Shown here piece by piece: positions 35,720 through 47,374 of a stretch of DNA of 49,660 bases. Position 1 is the first letter of the stretch. Each line of letters starts with the position of its first letter. Below the pieces are notes generated by a model. The model did no database searches. It was not told where the DNA came from and was given only the letters and a program-made list of their open reading frames with translations. This stretch comes from Hyphochytrium catenoides (lineage: Eukaryota; Protista; Hyphochytriomycota), in NCBI GenBank assembly GCA_900088475.1, contig FLMG01000282.1:1-49660 (forward strand), read 5' to 3'. A program made the translations under genes and the position numbers.

Positions 35720-36560
35720 GTTAATGGGCTCCGATGTGCTCCTTACAATGCGGCGGATTCGTCTCCCACCATGATGGACTGCTGGCTGACCAGAGGACGA
35801 TAGGCTTGACAGAGTTGTCGCTGTTAGAGGAATCGTCAAGGCGCGCTTCTACTTTGTCAACATAAAGCAAGCCCTGACCTCCACCTTCCTTCTTAGCTGT
35901 ATGGCTCTCACTCAGAATCCAGTAGTGCTCATTCTCTTCTTATGACGAGTTGCAAGCTGTCAAGCCTCGATAAGAAGGAGGAGCATCGTCGCAGGAGGAC
36001 TAGGAGCAGTCCACCAGCAGCGGCGAAGAAAGAAGTGCAAGCCAATGCAATGATCGCATCATCATCAAAACCGCGCACTTCATCCTCACGGCAAAGTTCC
36101 ACGGGATACATTCAGTAACTGCATAATTGATCTTTGTCCTTGATCCATCATCCCATCATCTGATCAATTGTCATCAACAACTTTCAGAGTCTGCAGTCTG
36201 CAGGAAGATTTATTCCAAGAAGCTCACGATGAAAATGTTATTGCTGTCTCGTCCTTCAGATTGGGACGTGATGACGTGATGGTATGGAGACAAGCTGGCG
36301 TATACCTAGGAGAGATGTGATGGCTGCGATATATGGGCCCACTACCTCCTTCGTAATGGGGTTCGTTGTCGATTAATAACGGTAAGACGACTAAGAGATC
36401 TGCTTGTTCTATCTACAAGCCCTCTCCAGGTCAACTAGGACCATGTAACGCCCAACATCGTATCTGGAGTTAAGAGAGGAGTAACTGATCAGCTAGTAGA
36501 CCTTGGACCAACACTGTTCACTCCAATAGGGCTTGACCGGGCCACTATGAAGGCATGTGA
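35720..36560 (-). mobile_element. Degenerate Helitron linker + helicase motif I/Ia (element C)
   Basis: Minus strand: TMLGVTWS*LTWRGACR*R (~36465-36405; cf. T..G....TF.EAC..RG), LSRLDSLQ (cf. LN..Q), GQGLLYVD (~35880; cf. G.LFFVDG), SSGQPAVHHGGR (~35797-35762; cf. SSGIAA.LL.GGR). Confidence 0.6.
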
Positions 36561-36563
36561 CTC

Positions 36564-38758
36564 CTAGGAAGAGACCATGCCTTTCTTCGACGCATGACTA
36601 TCCTTTCGCTCCATCTTGCGAGCAGACTCCTCTTCTGATCCATTTTCACCAGAGCCGCCCTCACCAATGATGGCTGGCAATGCGCCTCCGGGACCTTGAT
36701 CGTTGCTATCGGACGGGTGCTCTTCTCGGGAATCTTCAGCCTTCTCGTCAGAGGGATTTACATTCGTCGGCAGCCGGACTTCCCCTGAACGTTTAGGAGG
36801 AGATGAGGCGTTGGCAGCAATACGCTGAGGGGATTTTGCCGGATTTACAGCGCCCACAGCAGGGCTTGCAGGCGATCGGGGCGGCGATCTAGGTGGAGAT
36901 CTGGGGCTGGACGAACTGCCAAAAGTCACCCCAAAAAAACGTCTGATCGGTGACGTAGTGTTTTGAGGCTGAGCAGGCCGATAAGGAGGCAAGAGGTCCA
37001 TGAGGGCGAAGGAGATAGGAGAAGAACGGGGAGGGGGCACGGTGGTGTCAGAAGAAAGATGAACAGCTTCCTTCGGTCAGTTCATATGACTCTTACCGTA
37101 TCACCTCCGCCCTCTCCGCTTGACTCCATCATAGAGTGCCTCGGAGAGACATAGGGCAGAACCCGGAGACTGTCTCTGACAGGATTGGGTGACGAGTTGC
37201 CGATATTAAGCTGTAGCGGCCGCTGGAGAAGAGGAGGACAAAGAAAGAAGAGACAGTAGGCCATACAGACCCTTGTGAGTCTATATCAGCGTAGAGTCCG
37301 TGACTGAGATTGGTCTCACCGTCTTGTCGCCATCTCGGAGTTTCGGCATCTCCCAATCGAAGCCCTCGCGTTCATCGAAACCTTCTCTTTTGGCCAAGTC
37401 GCGGAATAGTGACCGGAGGTGAGCTGTGTTAGGCTTGGCATCGAAGCCTAATGAGTAGACGTAGTCCATGTAGGCAGCAAACTCAGCTGCAAAGGACACA
37501 ACCAAGCAGGCAAACGAAAGGGAAGCGAGAGTCAGACCCCAAAAATAGGACAATGGCTGTCTCTCACGGAAATCGTTCTTACAAGGAAGGCCCTCACAGA
37601 GCTTAGCCACGGAGACCTCTTGCTTCTTGTCCAATATCTTTTGGTACTTCTCGGCCTGGGTCTTAGCCTTTAGCCCTTGCCACGGTAGTGTTCCTTTCAT
37701 AAAATAGATGAGCAGATATCCTATTGAGATGAAGTCATCTCGACGGCTTTGCTCTGTACAAGGGAAACGATCGGTTCAGTTCAGGAGACAGATCTGCGAC
37801 ACAGCTTTCATTTGCGGAGAATAAGCTCACCCTTGCCAAGGTGTGTATTAACCGAAACATAGCGAGGAGTCCCGGTCAGTTGTTTGCCATCTCGGTTAGG
37901 GATGTGCTGACCCGTCTTGGGGTCCCGATATCTCTTGGAAAGCCCGAAATCAATAATGTACACAGTGTTCGCTGACGGGCCCAAGCCAACTAGAAAGTTC
38001 TCTGCTCATCGAGTAGCATGTAACCATGACACAATGTGAGCAAAGCTGGTCTGGCGACCCTAGTTGTGTTATAAAGGTCACTACCTGGCTTAATGTCTCT
38101 ATGGATGAGGTTGCGATTGTGCATCCAGTCAATGCGTTCTAGTAGCTGATCAGCAAGCTTCAAAACCGTATGCAAGGAGAATTTCCTCTTGCACTTCTCG
38201 AACAGATCCTAGAGAAGGAGACGGCAAGCTTAGGAAAAAGGATGGTGTCATTTCCACTTTGAGCTACGCGGTACACACCTCAAGGCATGGTCCGAGGAAC
38301 TCCATCACCATAGCGTCATAAGAGCCATGGGAGCCGAACCAGTAGATTTTTGGAATTCCAGCTGTCAGCGGAATAGACCATAGGAAGTAAACATCCAAGG
38401 GCGCACAGAGAGCGACGTACGTTAGATCAACACTCATGGTTCCATAGATGTTTCACGTCTACTTACGTGCACCTTGAAGCAGCTTATAGATGCGCGCCTC
38501 TCGGCCCAATTGTGGGCACTTGGAGTCTTAAGAAAGAGCGAGAGGAGATATGTGTCAGAGAAGCAAGCCAGCTAGAGAGGTGCACGTTCTGGTCTGAAGT
38601 GGGAACTTACTGTGTGGCTCAAGCTTAATTGCAACCTTCTCCACTTCTCCACTTTTGTGGTCGATGAAGCCCTCATAGATCTCACCGAAGCTTCCACTGC
38701 CAATCTTATTGCCTAAACGGTACTTGCCGTTGATGTGAATCATCATCTGGACCGACAT
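36564..38758 (-). CDS. Casein kinase I (CK1 family), multi-exon, with S/P-rich tail
   Basis: [64 protein letters not shown]. Confidence 0.97.
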
Positions 38759-38770
38759 GATTGCGTGGAA

Positions 38771-41150
38771 CTAGAGACAGGGCCAGCTAAGGGCCACAGC
38801 TCCCTGGGGACTTGTAGAGAACTCTAGAGCTGCAATCTTTTTATGTGTTCAACCTAGAGATTGAAATTCAGCTGATGACCATTAGCCGAGTACTATGGCT
38901 TGTTCTTCAGAGACTTCGTCGGGCCTTGGTCCTTCAAGGAGAGCTCGTCACTCAGTCGCCTCCCCTCACAATGCTTTTGCTTAACTCAGTGGCGTGGGAG
39001 AATGGGGAACAAGGAAGAGAGAGAATGCACCTGCAGCAACACAATGCTGGTGTATGGAAGCACTCCTGTTGCCGAGCACGCAGCGCTTCTGCTGCTCCTC
39101 ATCCTCTTCTGCCTGCGCCTCATCCTCTTTTCTCCGGCTGCTGGTTTGCCTGAGAGCTTTGCCGTGCCGATGATGGTACAGCACTCACTATCAGAGCCCA
39201 AACTTTGTGAGAAGATAGGAGAGGGCAAGAATTTCTTTTGATGAAAGCTACAATTACATGAAAGAATCCAAGGCTTCCCTAACAAATCTTAGCTAAGAAC
39301 AATCATGAAAGGTTTCATTGACTTCAATGTTTCCGTGGGTGATGGGTGTTCCCAGACCTCTATAGTTTACCTGTGTCCGCATATTATTGAGCAATCCCAA
39401 GGATAGCACCGTTTATGTCAGCCACTAGGGGTGATTACGAAGTAGTAATGAACTTTGAAACCTACAAGACCACCACCTTCGTGTAACCACCTAAGCCAGA
39501 AGGTCTTACTACACCGGTGATAACTAGTCTATAGCTAATCAAGTGTCGACGTATTACTATGACCGATCGGTTAAGGGCTCTGATGATGGCCAGGAGGGCA
39601 GATGTGAGGCTGGATTGGAAGTGGTGCACCGTATGGAGGATGGCTTCCCACCGTGCAGTTCGATCAATGCAACTTAGTATACCTTGGCCCATCATCATCG
39701 CGATCGCGAGAGGAAACACACGGACAGAGAGACAGAGACAAACAGAATGCAAGGCTGGGGAGGAGAAGAGAAAGATACCCATCGCGGTTTCTTGCCAGAG
39801 TGAAACCTCGAATCCCCTTTGTAAAGGTAATATTCAGAGCTGTCATATTCCCTTATAACTTTTGACGGAAATGGATGGTTCTGACCAATAAAGTGGATGA
39901 CTTATGTCCACTCACTTCTCTGTTGTGGCTTCCCTTTGCTAATCTTACAGAGTGGCCTGTGACGAAACTAAGGGCCGACTTCGCCGGAGCGTGCTTGATA
40001 TTTCCGAAGTCGCCCCCATCTCCCAGTAGTTGCACTTGTCTTAATCCAGTTTTGTCACTAACATTATCAGGAGCATGGAAGCCGCCCTCGATCACCCGCT
40101 GCTTGCTTGTCGTCGAGGCACCTTCAATCAAAACAAGGCTCACCACCGCCAGTAGCTCTGTAAGAGCGGAATCTCGCAAGGCTGCGCTGACTATAGTACT
40201 GGATTAGGCTGTTGCCTTACTAAGTGCCTTACCCAAGAGGCTAACCTTGGCAGAGCACAACAAAGACTTTGTGCACAAGTAGCCGTGTACCAGCACCTCT
40301 AAAGTTCTCGGGGATATCCTATTTAGGAGATGGGTTAGTTTGGCGAGACTCCTCGGCGCGCTGTAGATCTTCGTAGTCTCGCCACCAAGTAATAGGCTAG
40401 GGAATTCCAAGTGGAATAATAGAAGAGCGTAGCAAGAAAAGTATATCACTACTGTTATTACTCTTACGCCGTAGTAAAATCTCCTAATTTATAGAATACT
40501 ACTATTGGGCTTCTAGTGGCCTCCTTAAAGAGGTATAAAGCTGAATCTGCTGCGCTTATAATAGGCCAGCTAAGATTGACGATTGCCTGCTTCTTCGTCC
40601 GGCGCGAGGCTGAAGCTAAGTGGCAGTGCCCTTACGGCTGCGATAAACTCAAGGACGGCGTCGTCATGGCTGTCTTCTGCTCTATTTTAAATCTACATGG
40701 GTCAAGCGCTGCTGGCTCGACGCCCCTTCCACATGTTAACTTCCCTCCTGGACCAACTGTGGCACACCGGCTGAGAAGCCCCTCCAGATCAAAATGTGAT
40801 TTTCCCTTACGATAACTAAATATATCCTCTCGTTAGCAGCTCTTCATCCTGTGTTCAGAATACTTCTAGATATTTGTTGTTTATGTGCTTTTTGTATGGA
40901 AGCGACAAGACAGAGAGAGAGACAAATGAAGAAGAACCTTCCGCAACTTGTGTTGGGCCTTTGTCCTGAATGTGAGTCTTCTAGATGCTGATGCTGATGC
41001 TCAGTGAAGGACGGATGACTTCATGACATACGCTCGAGAGGCTGCTGCGGTTGGGCATCATCTTCTACACTCTCGAGAGGAGATCTTGGCATAGGCAGCG
41101 CACGGCTGAGGTAGGCAAAGCTTTTTGACAGGTAATAGAGGCTGTGCATC
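38771..41150 (-). mobile_element. Degenerate Helitron linker + near-complete Pif1 helicase (element D), with a candidate 3' end (hairpin + CTAG|T)
   Basis: Minus strand, in order: VEDD and KLR/FFICL..C (~41070-40920), EQKTA (~40683), SLLLGGETT (~40400; motif Ia), RDSALTELLAVVSLVLIEGAS (cf. RGS.LAELL..ASLIIWDEA), LLGDGGDF (motif III), KSSTL...QKL*GNM, EAIL, PSGL..KVVVL*V, LLLRNHP/INGAIL, FHQKKFLPSPIFSQ (cf. RRQFP..AFA). Confidence 0.8.
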
Positions 41151-41163
41151 CCGTGCCGTCAAG

Positions 41164-43419
41164 ATGTCCGCCTCTGGCGCGGCGAGCTCTATCTTTAGAA
41201 CTGAGGTAGAAGAAACAAGACAACAACGTCAGCAAGCCGAAAGAGAGGCGGCAGAAGCTCGTGCTCGTGCGGAGAGACTGAGGCATGAAGCCACTAATGC
41301 CGCCATTAGTGCGGGCGAGGCGGAGCGTCTGAGAGCAGAGGCGGATAGGCTAAGACGAGTTGAAGAAGCAGAGCGACGTAAAGCTGACCAACTCCGAGCG
41401 ATTGAGGTCTGCCTCTCCACCATTCTGACTGTCCATGAGACTGCCCCTTGTCCTTACGTCCACGCCCTTGGCTGCTTGTACAGATGGAGAAAGAACAAAG
41501 TCACCTGAATCGGCTTAGCGCCGAACAACGGGCGGCGGAGTCCATGGCTCGTGCTGAGAAGCTCCGCCGCGACGCGTCTGAGGCGGCGGAGATGATGGCC
41601 CGGGCCGAGAAGATGAGGGCAGAAGCTGAAGCTCTGCGCTTGGAACAAGAGACTCAAAGAAAGAAGTCTGAGCAGATGCGGGCCATTGAGGTCTTTCACA
41701 GTTTGTGCGGCCTCTGTCTTTCCTCCCTCCGCCCTTGCTGATCTCCTTTCTCTTGTACCTTGCTATCTCTCTTCTCTTTAGGCGGACAAAGAAGAAAATC
41801 GACTGAGGCGCCTTTCTGCCGAGCAGCGGGCGGCTGAAGCGCTTGCCAGGGCCGAAAAGCTGAGGCTAGAGGCTGAGGCTGCAGCCCGCCGTGTTGCTGA
41901 GCAACAAGCTGAACAATTGCGCGTGGAGGAGGAGAGGAAAAAGCTTGCGCTGGACAGACAGCTGTCAGAGGCCAGGAGGCAGCTTGAGGCTGATAAGGGT
42001 AGGGACAAGCTACCTTGGTTCTTGAGTTTTGCTTGCCGGTCATTTGGTCTCTGCTTTCGCTCTGACGTCCAGCCTCTCTCTCGCTCTCTCGTTCTCTGTC
42101 TCTTTTGCTTTTTCTCCTCTCTGTCCCTCCCTCTCTGCTCCCTCTCTCTCGCACTCTTCTCACCCTCGCTAATCCTCTATGGCTCACTGCCTCACGCAAC
42201 TCTCTCCTCTCTGTCTGTGTCTCTTTCTCTCCCTCCATCTCTCCGTTCTTCACCTCATCATGCGGTTGATCTTATGATATGGCCACTCTTTTGTTGATGT
42301 GAGGACAGAAGCAGCTAGAGCGAGCAGAGAGGAGGCAGAGAGAAAGGCTTTGGAGGCCCTAGCTAGGGCGGAGAAGCTTCGCCTGGAGGCCGAGGTATGG
42401 GGCCGCAGAAACTTGGATGTTTAGGCAATGTGCGCGCGCGCGAGAGAGAGGAGGAAATACGGAAGGAGAGACTGAGAAAGAGAGATACGGAGAAAGGTGG
42501 CTGGCCGTGAAGATCCCATTATTAAGGAGAGCTAGCTGACCGAGCTCGACGGATTGTCCTACTATTTTCTCTAGGCGGCCGCCAACAACCTGGCAGCCCA
42601 GGAGAAAGCTAGGCAAGAAGCTAAGCTTAGAAGAGATTCGTTGGAAAGGCAAAGAAAGCTTGAAGAGGAGAGGCAGAGGTTAGAGAAGCTGAAGGAGGAT
42701 GCGAGGAAGGAACGTGAGGAAAAAGAGAACCTTGCGCAAGAGAAGCTCAAACAGGCAGAGCAGCTAAGGGCAAAGGCCCAGGCGGCTGCCGCAGAGCTCC
42801 AAGCTCAGGAGCTCCGACGTCAGGAGACTCTGAGACAGCGACAGCTAGCAGAGATCAAAAGAAAGGAGGAGGAGGAGAGAAAACGAGCTGAAGAAGAAGC
42901 GAGAAAGCTCAAGGAAGAGAGAGAACGGGCTGACCAGAGAGCTAGAGAGGCGAGGGATAGGGCGGAGGAAATGGCAAGGAAAGCTGAGGAAGCTCGACTA
43001 CAGCTCCAACGGCAGGAGAAGGAACGGCAGGTAATTAATCACTTTCCTGTCTGAAACACTCCTGTCTGAGACACTTTACTGGCCTAGACATATTTCCCTT
43101 GGTTGGCTTCTGTTTTCTGCATTCTTACCTGAAGTGACCTCCGGCCTCGTTTTGCGGTGCGCGAATGACTCTCTTTTTCTAAGCAAAGTATCACTGCCCA
43201 CCCTTCTTCTGCCTCTGTAAGGACAAACTTCGAGAACGAGAAGAGGCGGCTATGCGCGCGCAACAAGATGAAGCACGCAGGAAAGCGGAGGAAGCTCACA
43301 ATATTGCCTTGAAACTTCGTCAGGACGCTGATGCTGCGATGGCAATGATGAGGAATGTAGGGATTGACCCATCCAAGGGGCAACAACCGCCAGCAGGTTT
43401 ACCGCGAGGGTTCGTCTGA
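41164..43419 (+). CDS. E/R/K/A-rich long alpha-helical (coiled-coil/SAH-like) repeat protein; ~6 exons
   Basis: Exons repeat the motif A.ARAEKLR.EA; GT-AG introns; last exon ends ...PAGLPRGFV* at 43419. Confidence 0.8.
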
Positions 43420-43931
43420 CTCAATATTGAACGGGAGAGACAGACCCAACTGTGAGGGAAGATGTGCAAGGTCAATGAATCCGTTGCTGCTGTTAGGGAG
43501 AAGAGCACCCCTGATGCCTGAAAAATGAGGAGAGAGGGCACATAACAGGGAGAATACGAAAGCGAGCCGAGCAAAAGAGACAACAGTAAAGAGAAAGAGC
43601 TAATGAAGTTCACGGAGAGAGAGAAAGGAAAGTGGCGCCTCAAAAGTACGGGAGAGAGAGCTTTAGACCTACAGAGAGAGAGAGAAATAGAAAGAAAATG
43701 GTTGCCCTCCACATGAAAGAGAGAGAGAGAGAGCTGTTCAGCGTATAGACACATGGTAGATAGGACATATTGTTTCATTCGTTCTTTATAAATACTGTTC
43801 GTTAAGTCCTTGCTCCGCTATGTCACATACATATAAACATATCTTCCTGGCTTGAGTTCAACAGCTCAGACGTCCCTTGTCTCTGTATAGGTTTCCCCTT
43901 CATAACTCTTCTTCACACAGTTCTACTTAGG

Positions 43932-46145
43932 CTAGACCTCGTACTCCTCCTCCTCCTCCTCCCTTAATCCAGGACCGGGCTCTGAAGCATCATTCGTCTT
44001 GGACGACTCCCTTTCGTCAGTGCGTTCGAGACCCTCGGGTCCTTCGCTCCTGCTTTCCACTCCCGTTACCCCTTTCCCTGCAGCTTGAAAGTCTAAGATG
44101 ACAGGCTTCGGACTAGTTTCCAGTAGTTTTAGCGCCTCCTCGGCGCCGAGGTCTGCTACTCGCTTACCATTAATCCCGATCAGGTGATCGCCAAGGTTGA
44201 AGCCTAGGAATTCTGCAGAATCGTCAACTGCGTTGATGACAAGCGAGACAGACGTAGCGGCGGAGAGCTCAAAATTTAGCGGTCCTCCGTTCCACATAAA
44301 GCGATACTGCTCATTCTTCTGCAGCTCATTCTCTTTCACATAGCCCACAGTCCGGACTTCGTAAACTGATTTGCCATCGTCAAAGTTGGCCCCGGTAACC
44401 TCGTCAAGATCCACCTCATCAGGGTCTTCAAACTCAAGTTGCGGTGGCTCGCTAGCAGCAGCAGTAGGGGGAGCAGCAGCCGACAATCCGCTTCCTGTCC
44501 TCAGGGGACCAACGCTGGATCCTGAAGCCATGGCTGCAGACCAAGTTCCTGCTCTGCCCATGCCGTGGCCACCGCTTTCCGGCGAGGGATAGTCGGAGGG
44601 GGGAGCTGAGCGACCGGAGGCAGAACCAGAACTTTGTGTGCCGCTGTCACGACCTATCGGGCGCTGACCGTAAGTCTCATGGCTAGGCGGACCCGTGCCT
44701 TGTGGCGGACGAGGAGGCCGACCGTTGGGCTCCCCCGATGCCCCACCGACCCCTCTGGGCCCATATGTGTCATAAGCGGCTCCATCATCTTCTCGATAAC
44801 CCATTCGACCTTGCTCTGAGTAGTTTTGTCTGTCCCTCCATCTTTCTCTCTCATCGCCACGAGACTGGATGTTACTTTCAGAGTATGATGAAGTGTAGTT
44901 ACCCCCGTCATATCGGCCCATAGAGCGGCCCTCATAGTAGTCGGGGGGAGGAGGGCGCTGCCGCTGCTCCCATTCGTAGTCAGTGGCATTTCTGTTGTCC
45001 GACTTACCGCTCCACCTCTCTCTCCCGCGCGGTCCACCGCTATATCTGTCTCTTTCGGCTCCGCCATAACCATCAGAGCTACGACTAAACCTGTCTCCTC
45101 CTACATACCCGTCAACACTACGAAAGCTTGCTCCAAAGGCCTCTCTCTCTTCTCTATCCCGGTGATACACAGCACTTGCTGCAGGTCTTGTATACCTTTC
45201 TTCATAGTCCTGTCTCATCAACCTTCTTTCATTCTCCTCGTAGGATGACCGTGCACCGGCCCACGAAGAAGAAGCAGCAGGAGGAGGAGGAGGAGGGAGA
45301 GATGTGGAGGAGAAAGACCTGGGCGGATTTAGAGAAGTAGGTGGCTTCCTGAACTTCAGAACGCAAGGCTTCTGAATGATCGTCATATAAAAGATGCTCT
45401 GCTTGTACCCGATGTCCACAGTGGCCTCTGTGCCAACCTCAAACAGAATATCTCCAGGTTGGACATACTCTAGTCCTGGATGTCCCGCTTCCACGCTTAC
45501 TCTCGTCACCACTGGCTCTCCCGTGTCTCCCTTTATAAAGTGGATCCCAAGCTTGGCATCGGTCATCCACATAACAGAGTACTCGGCTGGCCCCAGCTCA
45601 GGCGAGGAGCCAGATAAAGCGCTGGAGGTCCTCCGACTGGCGCCAGAATGACCTGAGGACGTCGTTTCCCTGTCTGCGGTAGTTACTGCTCGACGGAAAC
45701 AAAGTTGTGCTGGTTTTGGAAGGAGAGGTAAAGCTCTGAGAGTCTCTTCATACCCCAGAACAGTGGTGTCCAGGCCCTCAATGCTGACCAGTGCATCACC
45801 TATACTCACCGTAGAGGCTATCTCCGGTGCTCCTCCTGTCAGACGCTTAACCACTGGGAATTTGAGCGATCGATGGCGTCCGAACAGCAAGCCAAGACGG
45901 CCTCGAGACCATGGCACAGTGTATGTTTCCTCCGAGATCACTCCGTACTCCGCGGAGTCCGAGTTGCTGTTGCTGAGGGAGGAGTGCATGGAGTTGGAGG
46001 GAGAAGGCGGTTGGTTTGGAGTACGAGAGACGGGAACAAGAACGCCTTCAAGCCATTCCACGTCCTGGTCAGATTGAGCTGAAGAGTACCCATTCGTCGC
46101 ACCCCTTACTGAGTAGGCTCCAGGCCTCTGTGGAGTGTACTCCAT
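43932..46145 (-). CDS. Intronless 737-aa protein with three PDZ-like domains and a low-complexity R/Y/G/S middle region
   Basis: Three repeats of Y.V.W..G.LG/L.F...V.....GD.L..I.G......GY/AEE.L..L...PKP..L.F. Confidence 0.85.
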   Translation of the reverse strand: MEYTPQRPGAYSVRGATNGYSSAQSDQDVEWLEGVLVPVSRTPNQPPSPSNSMHSSLSNSNSDSAEYGVISEETYTVPWSRGRLGLLFGRHRSLKFPVVKRLTGGAPEIASTVSIGDALVSIEGLDTTVLGYEETLRALPLLPKPAQLCFRRAVTTADRETTSSGHSGASRRTSSALSGSSPELGPAEYSVMWMTDAKLGIHFIKGDTGEPVVTRVSVEAGHPGLEYVQPGDILFEVGTEATVDIGYKQSIFYMTIIQKPCVLKFRKPPTSLNPPRSFSSTSLPPPPPPAASSSWAGARSSYEENERRLMRQDYEERYTRPAASAVYHRDREEREAFGASFRSVDGYVGGDRFSRSSDGYGGAERDRYSGGPRGRERWSGKSDNRNATDYEWEQRQRPPPPDYYEGRSMGRYDGGNYTSSYSESNIQSRGDERERWRDRQNYSEQGRMGYREDDGAAYDTYGPRGVGGASGEPNGRPPRPPQGTGPPSHETYGQRPIGRDSGTQSSGSASGRSAPPSDYPSPESGGHGMGRAGTWSAAMASGSSVGPLRTGSGLSAAAPPTAAASEPPQLEFEDPDEVDLDEVTGANFDDGKSVYEVRTVGYVKENELQKNEQYRFMWNGGPLNFELSAATSVSLVINAVDDSAEFLGFNLGDHLIGINGKRVADLGAEEALKLLETSPKPVILDFQAAGKGVTGVESRSEGPEGLERTDERESSKTNDASEPGPGLREEEEEEYEV

Positions 46146-46249
46146 CAGGACGCTGGGCCTGAAGCGATAATTGCTCCTTTTTCTGAGAAAATCCTAGACG
46201 GCTAGAACCAAGGGAACCACTTTTGGACTAGGTGGACAGAAGCCCATGG

Positions 46250-47330
46250 CTTCGGAAGATGTAGGCCATTGAGGGATGTCCAGCCTCGGGAAGCGACTTG
46301 TTGACTGTTGCACTATTTGGTCTCTTTGTCTATCCTGAGACCTTTACGTACACAGCAGGCCAGGTGGCAACTGAAATGGTGCAATGAGCTCTTAGATGTT
46401 TGCCTTTAAAAGAATTGAGTCAAAACGTGCTGACAGGAGCTTTCTCTGGTTGAAGAAGATTGCGTTCTGAAGCTCTGAGAAGCTCCGAAGCTCTGACTGA
46501 AGCTCTGCCCCGTGCCCAAAAACACTTCTGCATCGCCGACATAACAATGACGCCCTCTTGCGGTTAATTATCAGGACAAAGGCTGGACAACTAGGCTAGC
46601 TATGCTCTCTGGGCGGTTAATGATCAAGGATAACACAGTTCCTAATAGTTCTCCTTGGACAGGGGCGACTCGAGCGCGACCCGGGTCGAGATGACCTTCA
46701 CTCTACTCCTCTGATAGTGAGAGCGACAATATCTAGCTTGACCCTCAAAGTTTCTTCAGTGTTATAGTATGACAAATCGGATTATGGATCAAATAATTAT
46801 GGAGTTGCGCACCAGCTCCCTTATTGCGACTATAAGGGGTCAGGTTGGTGTGTGTACCGTCACTCCTTGATCTGCTCATCGTCTCTTGGACCTCCTCCGT
46901 CGTTGAGGATCAGCGCCAGTGCACTTTCCACCTCCACCCTCAGAGAGAGCGCGATCTTGGAAGAGATTGCTTGAGAGTGATGACCGTCATAAAGTGTCGC
47001 ACCTTCATCCGCGTCCCCTTCTTCCATGGAGTTAGTCAGGAGGAAGGTTGCTCAACAAGAGGTGGCTAAGTGCACAAGCCACCGAGTTCAGTTGTCCGTG
47101 TGCATCGCAAGTCACAGTCACGTCGCTTTTGGTGGTTGAGTGCGACCAAAGAGAGCTGTGGCTGTATAAAAGGCAATATAAAAGCAAGCAGGAGTGTGAT
47201 GCTCGCTCACTCTTAACCAACTTTGTTGATGCCACCTGGCAATAGACTTTACACATATCTCTTTTAAGGTGAATCGTGGAGCGAAGGCGGCTCGACTTCC
47301 ATCTTACGAGAACTGCCTCCCTCTATGTCC
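46250..47330 (+). mobile_element. Degenerate Helitron Rep end + linker (element E part 1)
   Basis: FAFKRIESKRADRS (~46398; cf. YLFKY..KG.DR), NYQD (~46566), VAHQLPYCDY (~46804; cf. ARQL.Y.EF), LGR..RV...RTFIRV..HGV (~46955-47030), SLLVVECDQRELW (~47122; cf. LF..IL..C.P..LW). Confidence 0.6.
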
Positions 47331-47374
47331 TTGTCATCGATAATCCGTCAACTCCAGAGATGTCCATAAATAAG

